From Corallococcus coralloides (lineage in GTDB: Bacteria; Myxococcota; Myxococcia; Myxococcales; Myxococcaceae): DNA of 64,000 bases. Shown piece after piece: positions 36,642 through 46,959 of this stretch. The stretch's first letter is position 1, and every line of letters begins with the position of its first letter. A program made the translations under genes and the position numbers. The stretch lies in NCBI RefSeq assembly GCF_044792175.1, contig NZ_CP172866.1; one strand, written 5' to 3'. The notes beneath the pieces are model-generated. The model was not told the DNA's origin, searched no databases, and saw only the letters and a list, made by a program, of their open reading frames with translations.

Positions 36642-38497
36642 TGGCGGACGTGCTGTCCGGTGTCGAGTCTCCCGCGGATGTGCGCGCGCTCCCCGAGGAC
36701 GCGCTGCCCGGTCTGTGCGAGGCGCTGCGCGAGGCCATCATCACCACGTGCGGACGCGTGGGCGGCCACCTGGGCGCGTCGCTGGGCGCGGTCGAATTGA
36801 TCGTGGCCCTGCACCGCGTCTTCCACACGCCGCAGGACGCGCTCCTGTTCGACGTGGGGCACCAGGCGTACGCGCACAAGCTGCTCACCGGCCGGCGGGA
36901 CCGGATGCACACGCTGCGGCAGGCGGACGGCATCGCGCCGTTCCTGGATCCGCGCGAGAGCCACCACGACGCGCTGGCGGCCGGGCATGCGTGCACGGCC
37001 ATCTCCGCGGCGCTGGGCCTGCTCTCCGGCCGGCGGCAGTTGGGCCACACGGGCCACGTGGTGGCGGTGGTGGGCGACGGCGCGCTCACCGGGGGCCTGA
37101 GCTTCGAGGGGCTCAACAACGCGGGGGGCAGCCCGCTGCCGCTCGTGGTGGTGCTCAACGACAACCAGATGTCCATCAGCGCGAACGTGGGCGCCATCCC
37201 GGCGCTCCTGCGCACGCGCAACGCCCGCGCCTTCTTCGAGTCGCTGGGCTTCACCTACCTGGGCCCGGTGGACGGGCACGACCTGGGCGCGCTCACGCGG
37301 GCCCTGCGCGAGGCGAAGGCGTCATCCCGCCCGGTGGTGGTGCACGCGCTGACGAAGAAGGGGCGCGGCTTCCCTCCCGCGGAGGCGGACGAGCAGACGC
37401 GCGGCCACGCGATGGGGCCGTACGAGTGGCGCGACGGCAAGCTGGTGCGCTCGCGCGGGGGACGGCCCACGTTCAGCGAGGCCTTCGCCCAGGTGCTGGG
37501 CGACGCGCTGGAGCGCGACCCGCGCGTGGTGGCGGTGACGCCCGCGATGCTGGAGGGCAGCGCGCTCACTGGTTTGAAGGAGCGCTTCCCGGACCGCGTG
37601 CACGACGTGGGCATCGCGGAGCAGCACGCGGTGACGTTCTGCGCGGGGCTGGCCGCGGCGGGCGCGAAGCCGGTGTGCGTCATCTATTCCACCTTCCTCC
37701 AGCGCGCGTACGACCAGGTGGTCCACGACGTGTGCCTGCCGGGGCTGCCCGTCGTCTTCGCGGTGGACCGGGCGGGGCTCGTCGGCGCGGACGGCGCCAC
37801 GCACCAGGGCGCCTACGACGTGTCCTTCCTCCGGCCGTTGCCGGGCCTCACGCAGTGGGCCCCGGTGGTGGGGGAGGACCTGGAGCCCATGCTCGCCACC
37901 GCGCTCCAGGCCTCCGGGCCCTCCGTGCTGCGCTTCCCGCGAGGCACGCTGCCGGACCTCCCGCCAGAGCTGGCACAGGGCGACACGGAGGCGCAGGGGT
38001 CGTCCTCGCCCGGGCAGCCGGCCCACGACACGCGCGCTGGCGCGGCAGGGGCCATGGGCTCCGCGGCCTCGCGGTTGGCGCCGGCCGCGCTCCCCATGCC
38101 GGGGGCTCGCTGGTTGAAGCGCGTGGCCGGATCGCGGCTGACGCTGGTGACGCTGGGCCCGCTGGGCCTGTCCGCGCTGGAGGCCGCGCGGAGCGAGCCG
38201 GACTGGAGCGTGCTGGACGCGCGCCGGGCGTGGCCCCTGGATGAGGCCGCGCTCCTGGAGGCCGCGGCGGGCGGGCATGTGGTGGTGGCCGAGGAGGGCA
38301 CCACCCGCGGCGGCCTGGGCAGCGCGGTGCTGGAGCTGTACGCGGCCTGCGGCGTGTCCCCCCGGGTGACGCTGCTGGGCATGCCGGATGTCTTCCTGCC
38401 GCACGGGGACGCGCGGGTGCAGCGGACGCAACTGGGACTGGATGCGGCGGGCCTGCGGCGCGCGGGCCGTGCGCTGCTGGGAGAGGAGCACCGGTGA
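36641..38497 (+). CDS. dxs: 1-deoxy-D-xylulose-5-phosphate synthase
   Basis: 618 aa with the ThDP-binding motif GDGALTGG...NDN and transketolase pyrimidine-binding and C-terminal domains. Located downstream of xseB-ispA, as is common in bacteria. Confidence 0.9.
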   Translation: MADVLSGVESPADVRALPEDALPGLCEALREAIITTCGRVGGHLGASLGAVELIVALHRVFHTPQDALLFDVGHQAYAHKLLTGRRDRMHTLRQADGIAPFLDPRESHHDALAAGHACTAISAALGLLSGRRQLGHTGHVVAVVGDGALTGGLSFEGLNNAGGSPLPLVVVLNDNQMSISANVGAIPALLRTRNARAFFESLGFTYLGPVDGHDLGALTRALREAKASSRPVVVHALTKKGRGFPPAEADEQTRGHAMGPYEWRDGKLVRSRGGRPTFSEAFAQVLGDALERDPRVVAVTPAMLEGSALTGLKERFPDRVHDVGIAEQHAVTFCAGLAAAGAKPVCVIYSTFLQRAYDQVVHDVCLPGLPVVFAVDRAGLVGADGATHQGAYDVSFLRPLPGLTQWAPVVGEDLEPMLATALQASGPSVLRFPRGTLPDLPPELAQGDTEAQGSSSPGQPAHDTRAGAAGAMGSAASRLAPAALPMPGARWLKRVAGSRLTLVTLGPLGLSALEAARSEPDWSVLDARRAWPLDEAALLEAAAGGHVVVAEEGTTRGGLGSAVLELYAACGVSPRVTLLGMPDVFLPHGDARVQRTQLGLDAAGLRRAGRALLGEEHR

Positions 38498-39234
38498 AGC
38501 CGAAGAAGGAACGCCTGGACGTGCTGGTGGTGGAGCGCGGGCTCGCCGAGTCGCGCACCAAGGCCCAGGCGCTCATCCTCGCCGGACAGGTGGTGGTGGC
38601 GGACCAGCGCGTGGACAAGCCCGGCTCCCTGGTCCCCGTGGAGGCCGAGCTGCGCCTCAAGGGCGAGGTCCTGCCGTACGTGTCGCGCGGCGGCCTCAAG
38701 CTGAAGGCGGCCATGGACCGCTTCGGCCTGGACGTGACGGGCCGCGTGGGCGCGGACATCGGAGCCAGCACCGGCGGCTTCACCGACTGCCTGCTCCAAC
38801 ACGGCGCGGTCCGGGTGCACGCCATCGACGTGGGCTACGGCCAACTCCACGAGAAGCTGCGCGTGGACCCGCGTGTGCGCTCCCGCGAGCGGGTCAACGC
38901 GCGCTACCTCACGGACGAGGACCTGCCGGAGAAGGTGGGCGTCGTCGTCATCGACGTGAGCTTCATCTCGCTCACCCAGGTGCTGCCGTCGGTGCTGCCG
39001 TTCCTCTCACCGGGCGGCCTGCTCATCGCCCTGGTGAAGCCCCAGTTCGAGGTGGGCCCGGAGCGCGTGGGCAAGGGCGGCGTGGTGCGCGACCCGGAGG
39101 CGCGCCAGGACGCCATCGACACCGTGACGGCCTTCGTGCGCGAGCACGGCCTCACCGTGCGCGGGGTGATGGACTCACCCGTGCCCGGGCCCGCCGGCAA
39201 CGTGGAGGCGCTCCTCGTCGCCGACAGGCCCTGA
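38494..39234 (+). CDS. tlyA: TlyA-family rRNA 2'-O-methyltransferase (hemolysin A-like)
   Basis: S4 domain N-terminus and an FtsJ-like methyltransferase with IDVGYGQLHEKL and GASTGGFTDCLL. Start overlaps the dxs stop. Confidence 0.85.
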   Translation: MKPKKERLDVLVVERGLAESRTKAQALILAGQVVVADQRVDKPGSLVPVEAELRLKGEVLPYVSRGGLKLKAAMDRFGLDVTGRVGADIGASTGGFTDCLLQHGAVRVHAIDVGYGQLHEKLRVDPRVRSRERVNARYLTDEDLPEKVGVVVIDVSFISLTQVLPSVLPFLSPGGLLIALVKPQFEVGPERVGKGGVVRDPEARQDAIDTVTAFVREHGLTVRGVMDSPVPGPAGNVEALLVADRP

Positions 39235-39243
39235 GGGCCGCCG

Positions 39244-40806
39244 TCACTGCCTGACGGCGCGGTACTCGGGCAGCGTGAGGGCCTGGACCAGGTTGTTGCC
39301 CACGCGCATCCACAGCCGCCCGCCGTCATCCACGGAGCAGGACAGGCTGCTGGAGACCTCGTAGCGGAACAGCTCGCCCTGTTCCGCGGAGTCCACCGCG
39401 ACGATCTCCTGGGGCAGGGCGCCCGCCACGTTCGGGCCGGTGAGCAGGTAGAACTCCGGGCTCGTCGGCAGGCCCAACTGCACCTGGTGGATGCGCAACT
39501 GCCCGGACGCGTCCACGGACGTGCCGCCCTTGTTCATCACCAGGCCGCTCGTCGAGTTCAGGAACCACACGCGCTGGTCTCCAATGGCCGCCACCTTCGA
39601 GCCGCCGTGGAACGGGAGCAGGAAGCGGATGGGCACCGGGAACGTGGTGCTGGACCAGCGGTACGCGTTGCCCTCGCAGCCCGCGGCCTCCGTGGAGCAG
39701 GCCTCGATGCGCGACTGGTTGTTGGCGAAGTCGAAGGACATGTAGAGCGTGGACCCGTCCACGCTGAACGACGCGGGCGGCGGCGCGCTGATGAGGCCGT
39801 TGTACGTGTAGATGATGCGCGTGCTCACCGGTTGGAGGTCCGCGCTCGTGGCGTTCGCGTCCAGCGTGGCGATCTCGATCTGCAGGGCGTCCCCGCCGCC
39901 CCCCGCGTTGTTCGGGTAGGCCACCAGCACCTGCTGGCCCTTCTCCTTGGGCGGGGTGATGGGCTGCAGCGGCGCGTTCTCGAACGTCCACTGGAAGGAG
40001 CCGCCGGACGCCGTGTGCTTGAGGCGCGACACCGTGTACAGGTCGTTCACCAGCGCGTCGCCGTTGGCCATCACGGACAGGTTCTGCAGCTTGTACGTGG
40101 GCGCGGTGCGGCCGGTGATGGCGAAGTTGGCGTCCACCGCCACCGCGCCCGTGCCGGGCGTCCACACCCACCGCTTGCCGCTCTGGGCGTTGACGCTGGT
40201 GATGACCGTCGCGGAGCTGCACGGGATGCCCATCTCCACCGAGTTGCGCACCACGCCCGCCGAGTCCACGCGGAAGAGCGTGCCGGAGCCCGTGGTGGGG
40301 TTGCCGCACCCGATGAAGGCGACGTTCGTGCCGCTGCCCTCGGCGATGAAGAAGTCCGTCACCACCTGGCCGTTGGGGTCCGGATCCTTGATGACCTTCG
40401 CCACCGGCAGGAACGTGGCCGCCTGCGGCTGGGACACGTTCGTCCGGCCGTCCGCGCACGTCGCCCGCGCGTTGAGCGACAGGCTCGCGGCGAGCCCGCG
40501 GGTGTACTTGATCTCATTCGAGGCCAGCTCGAAGTCCATGGACCCGCTGGTGTAGGCCACGGTCTTCAGGAACGTGTCCCGGTCGTAGATGTCCACCCGC
40601 GACACGGCGTCACACCCGGACACGATGACCCGCACCGTCAGCGACGGGGCCGCCGTGTTGGGCTGCGGCACGGTGAGCGTCACCGTCGGCGGGTCCGGAG
40701 TGGGGGCCGGCTTCTCACCACCACAGGCGGTGAACACGGAAGCACAGAGGGTCAGCGAGGCCAGGAGGGCCCGCGGCGCGAACGGGCGCGAAGGGACGGA
40801 GTGCAT
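39244..40806 (-). CDS. secreted lipoprotein of unknown function (Cys-rich, likely beta-rich fold)
   Basis: The 39244..41031 ORF was trimmed to the ATG at 40804-40806 (MHSVPSRPFAPRALLASLTLCASVFTACGG), which has a signal peptide and lipobox. Convergent with tlyA. Confidence 0.6.
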   Translation of the reverse strand: MHSVPSRPFAPRALLASLTLCASVFTACGGEKPAPTPDPPTVTLTVPQPNTAAPSLTVRVIVSGCDAVSRVDIYDRDTFLKTVAYTSGSMDFELASNEIKYTRGLAASLSLNARATCADGRTNVSQPQAATFLPVAKVIKDPDPNGQVVTDFFIAEGSGTNVAFIGCGNPTTGSGTLFRVDSAGVVRNSVEMGIPCSSATVITSVNAQSGKRWVWTPGTGAVAVDANFAITGRTAPTYKLQNLSVMANGDALVNDLYTVSRLKHTASGGSFQWTFENAPLQPITPPKEKGQQVLVAYPNNAGGGGDALQIEIATLDANATSADLQPVSTRIIYTYNGLISAPPPASFSVDGSTLYMSFDFANNQSRIEACSTEAAGCEGNAYRWSSTTFPVPIRFLLPFHGGSKVAAIGDQRVWFLNSTSGLVMNKGGTSVDASGQLRIHQVQLGLPTSPEFYLLTGPNVAGALPQEIVAVDSAEQGELFRYEVSSSLSCSVDDGGRLWMRVGNNLVQALTLPEYRAVRQ

Positions 40807-41247
40807 GGTTTCGCACTCTAGCGCGCTCCCTCGGGAAGCGGGCGGGGCCACCTCCCCCGCGCCTTCCCCCGGCTCCCTGATCGCGAGATCCCCTGAAAAC
40901 CCCCAGCAGGCGCCTGCACGTCCGCTAGGCCTCCGGCCGGACGAAGAGGGTGGTATTGGAAGAAAGTGACAGCCTGGCTGTTTTCGTGGGATTCCCGCCC
41001 GGCAAGGGCTGGGCGGGCGGTTTCCGGTCACCGGACCGTCACGCGCGTGCGGGATTCCGGAGGAAGAACGCCGGTCCGGGGTATACGTCGCGCGCCTTTT
41101 CCCACCCCTCTCTCATGAGGAGAGCCCCGTTCATCCGCTGGCCCGCGGACGGGTTAGACGGCATGATCCGGAATCGACCATGACTCCTTTCGCACCCAAC
41201 GGGTTTCCGCGACGTCGTTCCCTGTCTGGGCGGGGCGGAGGCGCGCC

Positions 41248-43761
41248 GTGAGGATCGAGATGTTGTCGTCGGAGCAGCGGGGGCGGGTGCTCGTGCTCGC
41301 GGCGAAGGCCGCGGGTGACGCGTTGGTGGAGCGGCTCACGGCGAGTGGCTACCAGTGCGCCTCCACGGAGCGGGAGACCGGGCTGGCGGAGATGGTGGAT
41401 CAGCTCCAGCCGGAGGTGGTGCTCCTGGCCGTGACGGCCAAGCGGGCGGCGGAGCTGCTGGAGACGGTGCGCAAGACGGACAAGCTCCAGCGCCTGCCGG
41501 TGCTGGTGGATCAGGGCCGCGCGCGTTCGGCGGAGGCCTTCAAGCGCCTGGCGGTGGATGACTTCGTGCGCGGCGCGGATGAGCTGGTGCCCCGGCTGGA
41601 GTCCGCCCTGCGCGCCTGGAGGCTCAAGGAGCGCGAGGAGCGCATCCGGATGCGCATGGGGATGCTGCTCGAAATCACCCAGGCGGCCACCAGCTCGCTG
41701 GAGCTGGAGGAGATCCTCCGCATCGCGGTGGAGAAGGTCGGCCAGGTGACGGGCACGGACCGCTGCTCCGTGGTGCTGGTGGAGGGCAGCCACGCGCGCA
41801 CGGCCACGGTCGTCGCGACGCAGGAGGACCCCAGCCTCGTCCAACTGGACATCGAGGTGGCGCGCTACCCGGAGCTGCGCCGCGCGCTGGAGACGCGCCA
41901 GCCCGTGCTGATTGAAGAGGCGCAGCGCGACCCGCTGATGGCGGAGGTGCGCACGTCGCTGTTGCCGCAGGGCGTGAAGTCCATCCTGGTGCAGCCGCTC
42001 ATCTGCCAGGACGACCTGCTGGGCGCGCTCTTCCTGCGCGTGTCCAAGGGCGAGGCGTCCATCGGGCGCGACGAGCAGGAGTTCGCGGAGGCGGTGGCGG
42101 GCGTGCTCGCCAACTCCATCCGCAACGCGCGCCTGCACACGGCGGTGAAGAAGAAGCGCGAGGACCTGGAGCTGGCGTACGTGGAGCGCTACCGCGAGCT
42201 CAACGACGCGAACCGCCGCCTCAAGGAGCTCAACCGCCTCAAGGACGAGATCATCGCGGTGTGCAGCCACGACCTGCGCGCGCCGCTCCAGGTGCTCCTG
42301 GGGCACGGCCGGCTGCTGCTGGAAGGGCCGCTGGAGGCGCAGCAGAAGCAGTCCGCGGAGGCGATGATCCGCCAGGGCCGGAAGATCCTCACCCTGGTCG
42401 AGTCCCTGCTGGAGAAGGGCAAGGGCGAGGCGGCGCGCCTGTCCATCGAGCCCCGCGTGCTGGACGTGGCGCAGTTGTGCCGCGACGCCGTGGCGGAGCT
42501 GGAGATCCTGGCGGCGGAGAAGGCCGTGTCGCTGCGCTCCGAGTGCCCCGACAGCCTCATGCTGATCGGCGACGAGGTGAAGCTGCACGAGGTGCTGCAG
42601 AACCTCATCAGCAACGCCATCCAGCACGCCAGCGACCCGGGCGTGGTGGTGGTGCGCACGCAGCGGCTGTCCCGGCCGGACGGCGACGCGGTGCGCGTGA
42701 TGGTGAGCGACAACGGCGTGGGCATCCCGCCGGACGAGCTGCACCTCGTCTTCGACCGCTACCGCCACGGGCCCAAGGGCACGGGGCTGGGGCTGGCCAT
42801 CTGCAAGGAGTTCGTGGAGCTGCACGGCGGTGAGATCTGGGCGGAGAGCCCGGCGGACGGCGGCTGCACCTTCGTCTTCACGCTGCCCCTGGCGCAGGAG
42901 GCCGCGCGCAACCCCCGGCCGCAGCCCGCGCCCGGCGCCGCCCCCGAGCAGCCGCGCGTGCTGGTGGTGGAGGACGAGCCGGAGATCGCCGCGGTGCTGT
43001 CGGAGGTGCTGCGCTCGAAGTACCGCGTGGAGGTGGCGCGCGACGGCGCGGAGGGCCTGGCGAAGGCACGCGCGTCCCGTCCGGACCTGGTGGTGATGGA
43101 CGTGTTCCTGCCCAAGCTGGACGGCCTGGACGCGGCCATGGCGCTCAAGTCCTCGTCGGACACGGCGCACATCCCGGTCATCCTCCTGTCCGCCCACCAG
43201 GGCGTGGCCGACAAGGTCCGCGCGCTCAACCTGGGCGCGGTGGACTACATGGCCAAGCCCTTCAACGCGGTGGAGCTGCTCAACCGCACCGAGCGCGCGC
43301 TCAAGCTGCGCCAGGGTGAGAAGGAGCAGGACACCAAGACGAACTCGCTCCAGCGCCGCACCGGCAGCGACCCCGTCACGGGGCTGCACGACCGCCGGGG
43401 CCTGCTCCTGCGCCTGGAGCAGGAGGTGGCCCGCAGCCGCCGCTACCACCGCGCCCTCACGCTGGCGGTGCTCCGTCCGGATCGCGAGCTGGAGGTGATG
43501 CCGTCCAACATGGGGGACGTGATGCGCAAGCGCGTGCGCCACCCGGACGCCATCGCCCACCTGGGGCAGGGCGTCTTCGCGGTGGTGCTGCCCGAGTGCA
43601 ACGCGGACGCGGCGCGCACGGTCATCAACCGCCTGATGCCGGACGTGGAGCAGGTGACCTCCATCGAGTACCGGGCCGCCATGGCGGACGTCAGCCAGGA
43701 CAGCGATCCGGTGGAGAAGCTGCTGGAGAAGCTGGGGGCGCCCCCTCCCGAGGTCCACTAG
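41248..43761 (+). CDS. hybrid sensor histidine kinase: pseudo-receiver, GAF, HisKA, HATPase, REC, degenerate GGDEF
   Basis: The N-terminal REC-like domain lacks the acceptor Asp (EVVLLAV). H-box is CSHDLRAPL and the G-box is GTGLGLAICKEFVELHGGEI. A canonical REC follows (LVVMDVFLPKLDG). The C-terminal GGDEF-like domain has GQGVF in place of GGDEF. Confidence 0.8.
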   Translation: MRIEMLSSEQRGRVLVLAAKAAGDALVERLTASGYQCASTERETGLAEMVDQLQPEVVLLAVTAKRAAELLETVRKTDKLQRLPVLVDQGRARSAEAFKRLAVDDFVRGADELVPRLESALRAWRLKEREERIRMRMGMLLEITQAATSSLELEEILRIAVEKVGQVTGTDRCSVVLVEGSHARTATVVATQEDPSLVQLDIEVARYPELRRALETRQPVLIEEAQRDPLMAEVRTSLLPQGVKSILVQPLICQDDLLGALFLRVSKGEASIGRDEQEFAEAVAGVLANSIRNARLHTAVKKKREDLELAYVERYRELNDANRRLKELNRLKDEIIAVCSHDLRAPLQVLLGHGRLLLEGPLEAQQKQSAEAMIRQGRKILTLVESLLEKGKGEAARLSIEPRVLDVAQLCRDAVAELEILAAEKAVSLRSECPDSLMLIGDEVKLHEVLQNLISNAIQHASDPGVVVVRTQRLSRPDGDAVRVMVSDNGVGIPPDELHLVFDRYRHGPKGTGLGLAICKEFVELHGGEIWAESPADGGCTFVFTLPLAQEAARNPRPQPAPGAAPEQPRVLVVEDEPEIAAVLSEVLRSKYRVEVARDGAEGLAKARASRPDLVVMDVFLPKLDGLDAAMALKSSSDTAHIPVILLSAHQGVADKVRALNLGAVDYMAKPFNAVELLNRTERALKLRQGEKEQDTKTNSLQRRTGSDPVTGLHDRRGLLLRLEQEVARSRRYHRALTLAVLRPDRELEVMPSNMGDVMRKRVRHPDAIAHLGQGVFAVVLPECNADAARTVINRLMPDVEQVTSIEYRAAMADVSQDSDPVEKLLEKLGAPPPEVH

Positions 43762-43766
43762 CCCGC

Positions 43767-45653
43767 GTGCGCCCGCTCCCGCTCCTCAGCCGTGCCGCGG
43801 TGATGTGCCTCGCGCTGGCCGCCGGAGGTTCGGGGGCCGCGCCCGCGAGGAGGGCCCCGGCCCCGCACGTCGACCGCGAGGCGATGCGCGAGGCCATGGA
43901 CTCGAGCAGCCGCGACGACGAGCCGTCCGCGTCGTCCGCCAGCTACGCGCACTACCTCCAGGCCCGGCTGATGCACCTGGAGGGCAACCACCGGGCCTCG
44001 GTGGACGAGCTGCGGCTGGCGCTCGCCACCGACGACGGCAACCCGACCCTCCTCACCCAGTTGGGCGAGGAGTACGCGCGCCTGGGCGACCTCACGCGCG
44101 CCGAGCGCGAGCTGCGCCGGGCCGTGGAGAAGGCCCCCACGCACTACGCCGCCCACGTGCTGCTGGGCCGGGTGCTGCTGGAGTCCGGCCGCACGGCGCG
44201 CGCGAAGCAACACCTGCGCCGCGCGGTGGCGCTGCGCCCGCGCGAGCCGGAGGCGTACCTCGTCCTGTCGCAGTTGTACCTGGACGCGAAGGACCCCGAC
44301 GAAGCGGTGAAGGTGGTGGAGGCGCTGGCCCACGCGCTGCCGGGCGAGGCCTCCGGCTACCGTCGGCTGGGGCTCGTCCTGGCCGAGCGCGGCGATGCGC
44401 CCCGCGCCGAGCGCCTGCTCGCGAAGGCCGCCGAGCGCGACCCGGGCGACGTGGAGGTGTGGTCCACGCTGGCCCGGCTCTACGAGGGCTCCGGCCGGCC
44501 GAAGGAGGCGGAGGACGCGCTGGCCCGCGCGCTGGAGGCGGATCCGGACAGCCGCGAGGTGCTCCTGTCCGCGGGCCGCGCCGCGCTCAAGGGCGGGTCG
44601 GTGACCCGGGCGAGGGCGTACTTCGACCGGCTGCTGTCGCTCTCCGCGTCGCCGGAGCTGGCCGTGCGCGTGGCCTTCAGCTACCTGGCCTCCGGAGAGC
44701 CCGCCCCCGCGCGGGAGGTGCTGGACGCCGCGCGCAAGGACGCGCCGGACGAGCCCCGGCTGGCGTACTACGCCGGCCTCGTCGCGGAGCGCACCCGCCG
44801 CTTCTCCGTCGCCGCCCAGGACTTCGCGGGCGTGCCCCCGGACTCGGAGGTGTTCCCGGACGCCCGCGTGCGCCAGGCCCGCTGCCTGTCGCTGGCGGGA
44901 GACCACCCGCGCGCGCTGGCGCTCTACCGCGCGGCCATGTCGGACGCGCCTGACGACGTGGAGGTGCGCGTCGGCTACGCCCGGGCGCTGGAGCGCGGCG
45001 GGGACGCGGCGAGGTCGGAGGGCGTGCTGCGCGAGGCGCTGGCGGGGGAGGGCGGGGCGCTGGCGTACGACGCGCTGGCCAGCCTGCTGGAGCGCCAGGG
45101 CCGGGCCCCGGACGCGCTCGCGCTCCTGCGGGACGCCGTCGCGAAGGCGCCGAGGAACCAGGACCTGCAGTTCGCCCTGGCCACCCTGCTGGAGCGCCAG
45201 GGCGACGTGGCGGGGGCGCTGTCGCGCATGCGGGCGGTGCTCGCGCTGAAGCCGGACCACTCCGCCGCGCTGAACTTCATGGGCTACGTGATGGCGCAGC
45301 GGGGCCGGGACCTGGACCAGGCGGAGCGGCTGGTGCGGCGCGCGCTGGCGCTCCGGCCGGACAACGCGGCCTACGTGGACTCGCTGGGGTGGGTGCACTA
45401 CCAGCGCGGTGACGCCCGGAAGGCCGTGGAGGTCCTGGAGCGCGCGGTGGAGCTGTCCCCGGACGACCCCGCCATCCTGGAGCACCTGGGGGACGCGTAC
45501 CTCAAGGCGGGCCGCGCCCCGGAGGCCGTCCGGACCTGGAAGCGCGCGCTGGAGGTGCTGACGCTGGAGCCGGAGGCCGCCGAGCCCGCCAACCAGCGCA
45601 CCACCCTGGAGCGCAAGTTGAAGGCGCTACCCTCGACCGCGCCGGGCCGCTAA
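43767..45653 (+). CDS. TPR-repeat protein with signal peptide
   Basis: GTG start, N-terminal hydrophobic leader (MCLALAAGGSGAA) and more than 10 TPR-like repeats. Confidence 0.7.
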   Translation: MRPLPLLSRAAVMCLALAAGGSGAAPARRAPAPHVDREAMREAMDSSSRDDEPSASSASYAHYLQARLMHLEGNHRASVDELRLALATDDGNPTLLTQLGEEYARLGDLTRAERELRRAVEKAPTHYAAHVLLGRVLLESGRTARAKQHLRRAVALRPREPEAYLVLSQLYLDAKDPDEAVKVVEALAHALPGEASGYRRLGLVLAERGDAPRAERLLAKAAERDPGDVEVWSTLARLYEGSGRPKEAEDALARALEADPDSREVLLSAGRAALKGGSVTRARAYFDRLLSLSASPELAVRVAFSYLASGEPAPAREVLDAARKDAPDEPRLAYYAGLVAERTRRFSVAAQDFAGVPPDSEVFPDARVRQARCLSLAGDHPRALALYRAAMSDAPDDVEVRVGYARALERGGDAARSEGVLREALAGEGGALAYDALASLLERQGRAPDALALLRDAVAKAPRNQDLQFALATLLERQGDVAGALSRMRAVLALKPDHSAALNFMGYVMAQRGRDLDQAERLVRRALALRPDNAAYVDSLGWVHYQRGDARKAVEVLERAVELSPDDPAILEHLGDAYLKAGRAPEAVRTWKRALEVLTLEPEAAEPANQRTTLERKLKALPSTAPGR

Positions 45654-45665
45654 GGTCCCGGGCTC

Positions 45666-46502
45666 ATGGCCCGCCACGACGAAGGCTTCTTCACCGGGAA
45701 GGACAACACCCGGCTGTTCTGGACGCTGGACCTGCCGGACACGCCCCCCCGCGCGCACGTCGCCATCGTCCATGGCTATGGCGACCACATCGGCCGCTAC
45801 CGGCCCGTCATCGACGCGCTGGTGAAGGACGGCTTCGCCGTGCACGGCTTCGACTACCGGGGCCACGGCCGCGCGGACGGCCGGCGCGCCTACGCCGCGA
45901 AGTGGACCGAGTTCCTCGACGACCTGGACGGCTTCTGGCAGCGCGTGCGCAAGGCCGCGGGCAACGAGAAGATCTTCCTGCTCGCCCACAGCCACGGCGG
46001 CCTGATGGCCGCGCACGCCCTGACCGGGAGGCTGGAGGGGCTCTCCGGCGCCATCCTCTCCGCGCCCTACCTCAAGCTCGCCATCACCCCGCCGGCCGCG
46101 AAGGTGCTCGCCGCGCGCATGGTGGGCTCCGTGGTGCCCTGGATGAAGGTGCCCTCCGGCCTGGCCCCGGACATGCTCAGCACCGACCCGGAGATCCAGA
46201 AGGCGGTCGGGGCGGACCCGCTGTACGTGCCCTTCGCCACGCCCCGCTGGTTCGTGGAGTCCACGGCCGCCCAGGCGCAGACGCTCTCGCTGGCGCCGAA
46301 GATTCAAGTGCCGCTGTTCGTGCTGTGCGGCCAGGAGGACGGGGTGGCGCTGCCGGCGGCGGCGCGGGCCTTCTTCGAGGCGGCGGGGACGGCGGACAAG
46401 AAGTTCAAGGAGTACCCCGGAATGCGGCATGAGCCGCTCAACGAGCGGGACCGCGCGACGGTGTTCCAGGACATCTCCGGCTGGATCTCCGCGCATCTCT
46501 GA
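45666..46502 (+). CDS. alpha/beta hydrolase (lysophospholipase/monoacylglycerol-lipase-like)
   Basis: Oxyanion HGYGDH, nucleophile elbow AHSHGG, and catalytic Asp and His regions. Confidence 0.8.
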   Translation: MARHDEGFFTGKDNTRLFWTLDLPDTPPRAHVAIVHGYGDHIGRYRPVIDALVKDGFAVHGFDYRGHGRADGRRAYAAKWTEFLDDLDGFWQRVRKAAGNEKIFLLAHSHGGLMAAHALTGRLEGLSGAILSAPYLKLAITPPAAKVLAARMVGSVVPWMKVPSGLAPDMLSTDPEIQKAVGADPLYVPFATPRWFVESTAAQAQTLSLAPKIQVPLFVLCGQEDGVALPAAARAFFEAAGTADKKFKEYPGMRHEPLNERDRATVFQDISGWISAHL

Positions 46503-46555
46503 CATAATCAGGTCGCCCCGCTCCCGACGGAGCAGGCGCTGGCGAGGATCACCTC

Positions 46556-46897
46556 ATGGCACAGGGTGAAACGGGCATCATTGGCAAGGGCATCGTCATC
46601 AGGGGCAACCTCACGGGCGGAGGGGACCTGGTCATCGAGGGGCGCGTGGAGGGGCAGATCGCCCTGAAGAACCACCTCACCATCGAGGGCACCGGCAAGG
46701 TGCAAGCGGACATCCGCGCCGAGGAACTGACCATCAACGGCGAGGCGAGCGGCAACATCGACGCCTCCACGCGCGTGGCCATCAACGCCTCGGCGAAGGT
46801 CGCGGGCGACATCAAGGCCCCGCGGGTCATCATCGAGGACGGCGCCGTGTTCAACGGCTCCATCGAGATGGACGTGAAGTTGCCGGACGACATCTAG
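46556..46897 (+). CDS. bacN: bactofilin (DUF583) cytoskeletal protein, BacN-like
   Basis: 113 aa of beta-helical bactofilin repeats (VIEGRVEGQIAL...INGEASGNIDAS...KVAGDIKAPRVIIEDGAVFNGSIEM). It is the first of three tandem paralogs. Confidence 0.85.
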   Translation: MAQGETGIIGKGIVIRGNLTGGGDLVIEGRVEGQIALKNHLTIEGTGKVQADIRAEELTINGEASGNIDASTRVAINASAKVAGDIKAPRVIIEDGAVFNGSIEMDVKLPDDI

Positions 46898-46959
46898 CAT
46901 CCACCGGGGACCGACCCACGGCCCCCCATGCGCACAGCTTCGAGAAGGCGGACACACTC

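Noticed and set aside
36641-38497. Apparent Gly/Ala/Ser-rich insertion in Dxs (about residues 430-490)
   Set aside because: Total length (618 aa) equals typical Dxs. This is most likely a lineage-specific divergent inter-domain linker rather than an insertion element.
41100-41130. Small imperfect palindrome cctctctcatgaggagagcc in the lipoprotein/kinase intergenic region
   Set aside because: Short, imperfect and with no T-run. It cannot be distinguished from chance in GC-rich DNA.
41131-45485. Minus-strand ORFs 41131..43758 (875 aa) and 43758..45485 (575 aa)
   Set aside because: Antisense of the hybrid kinase and TPR genes.
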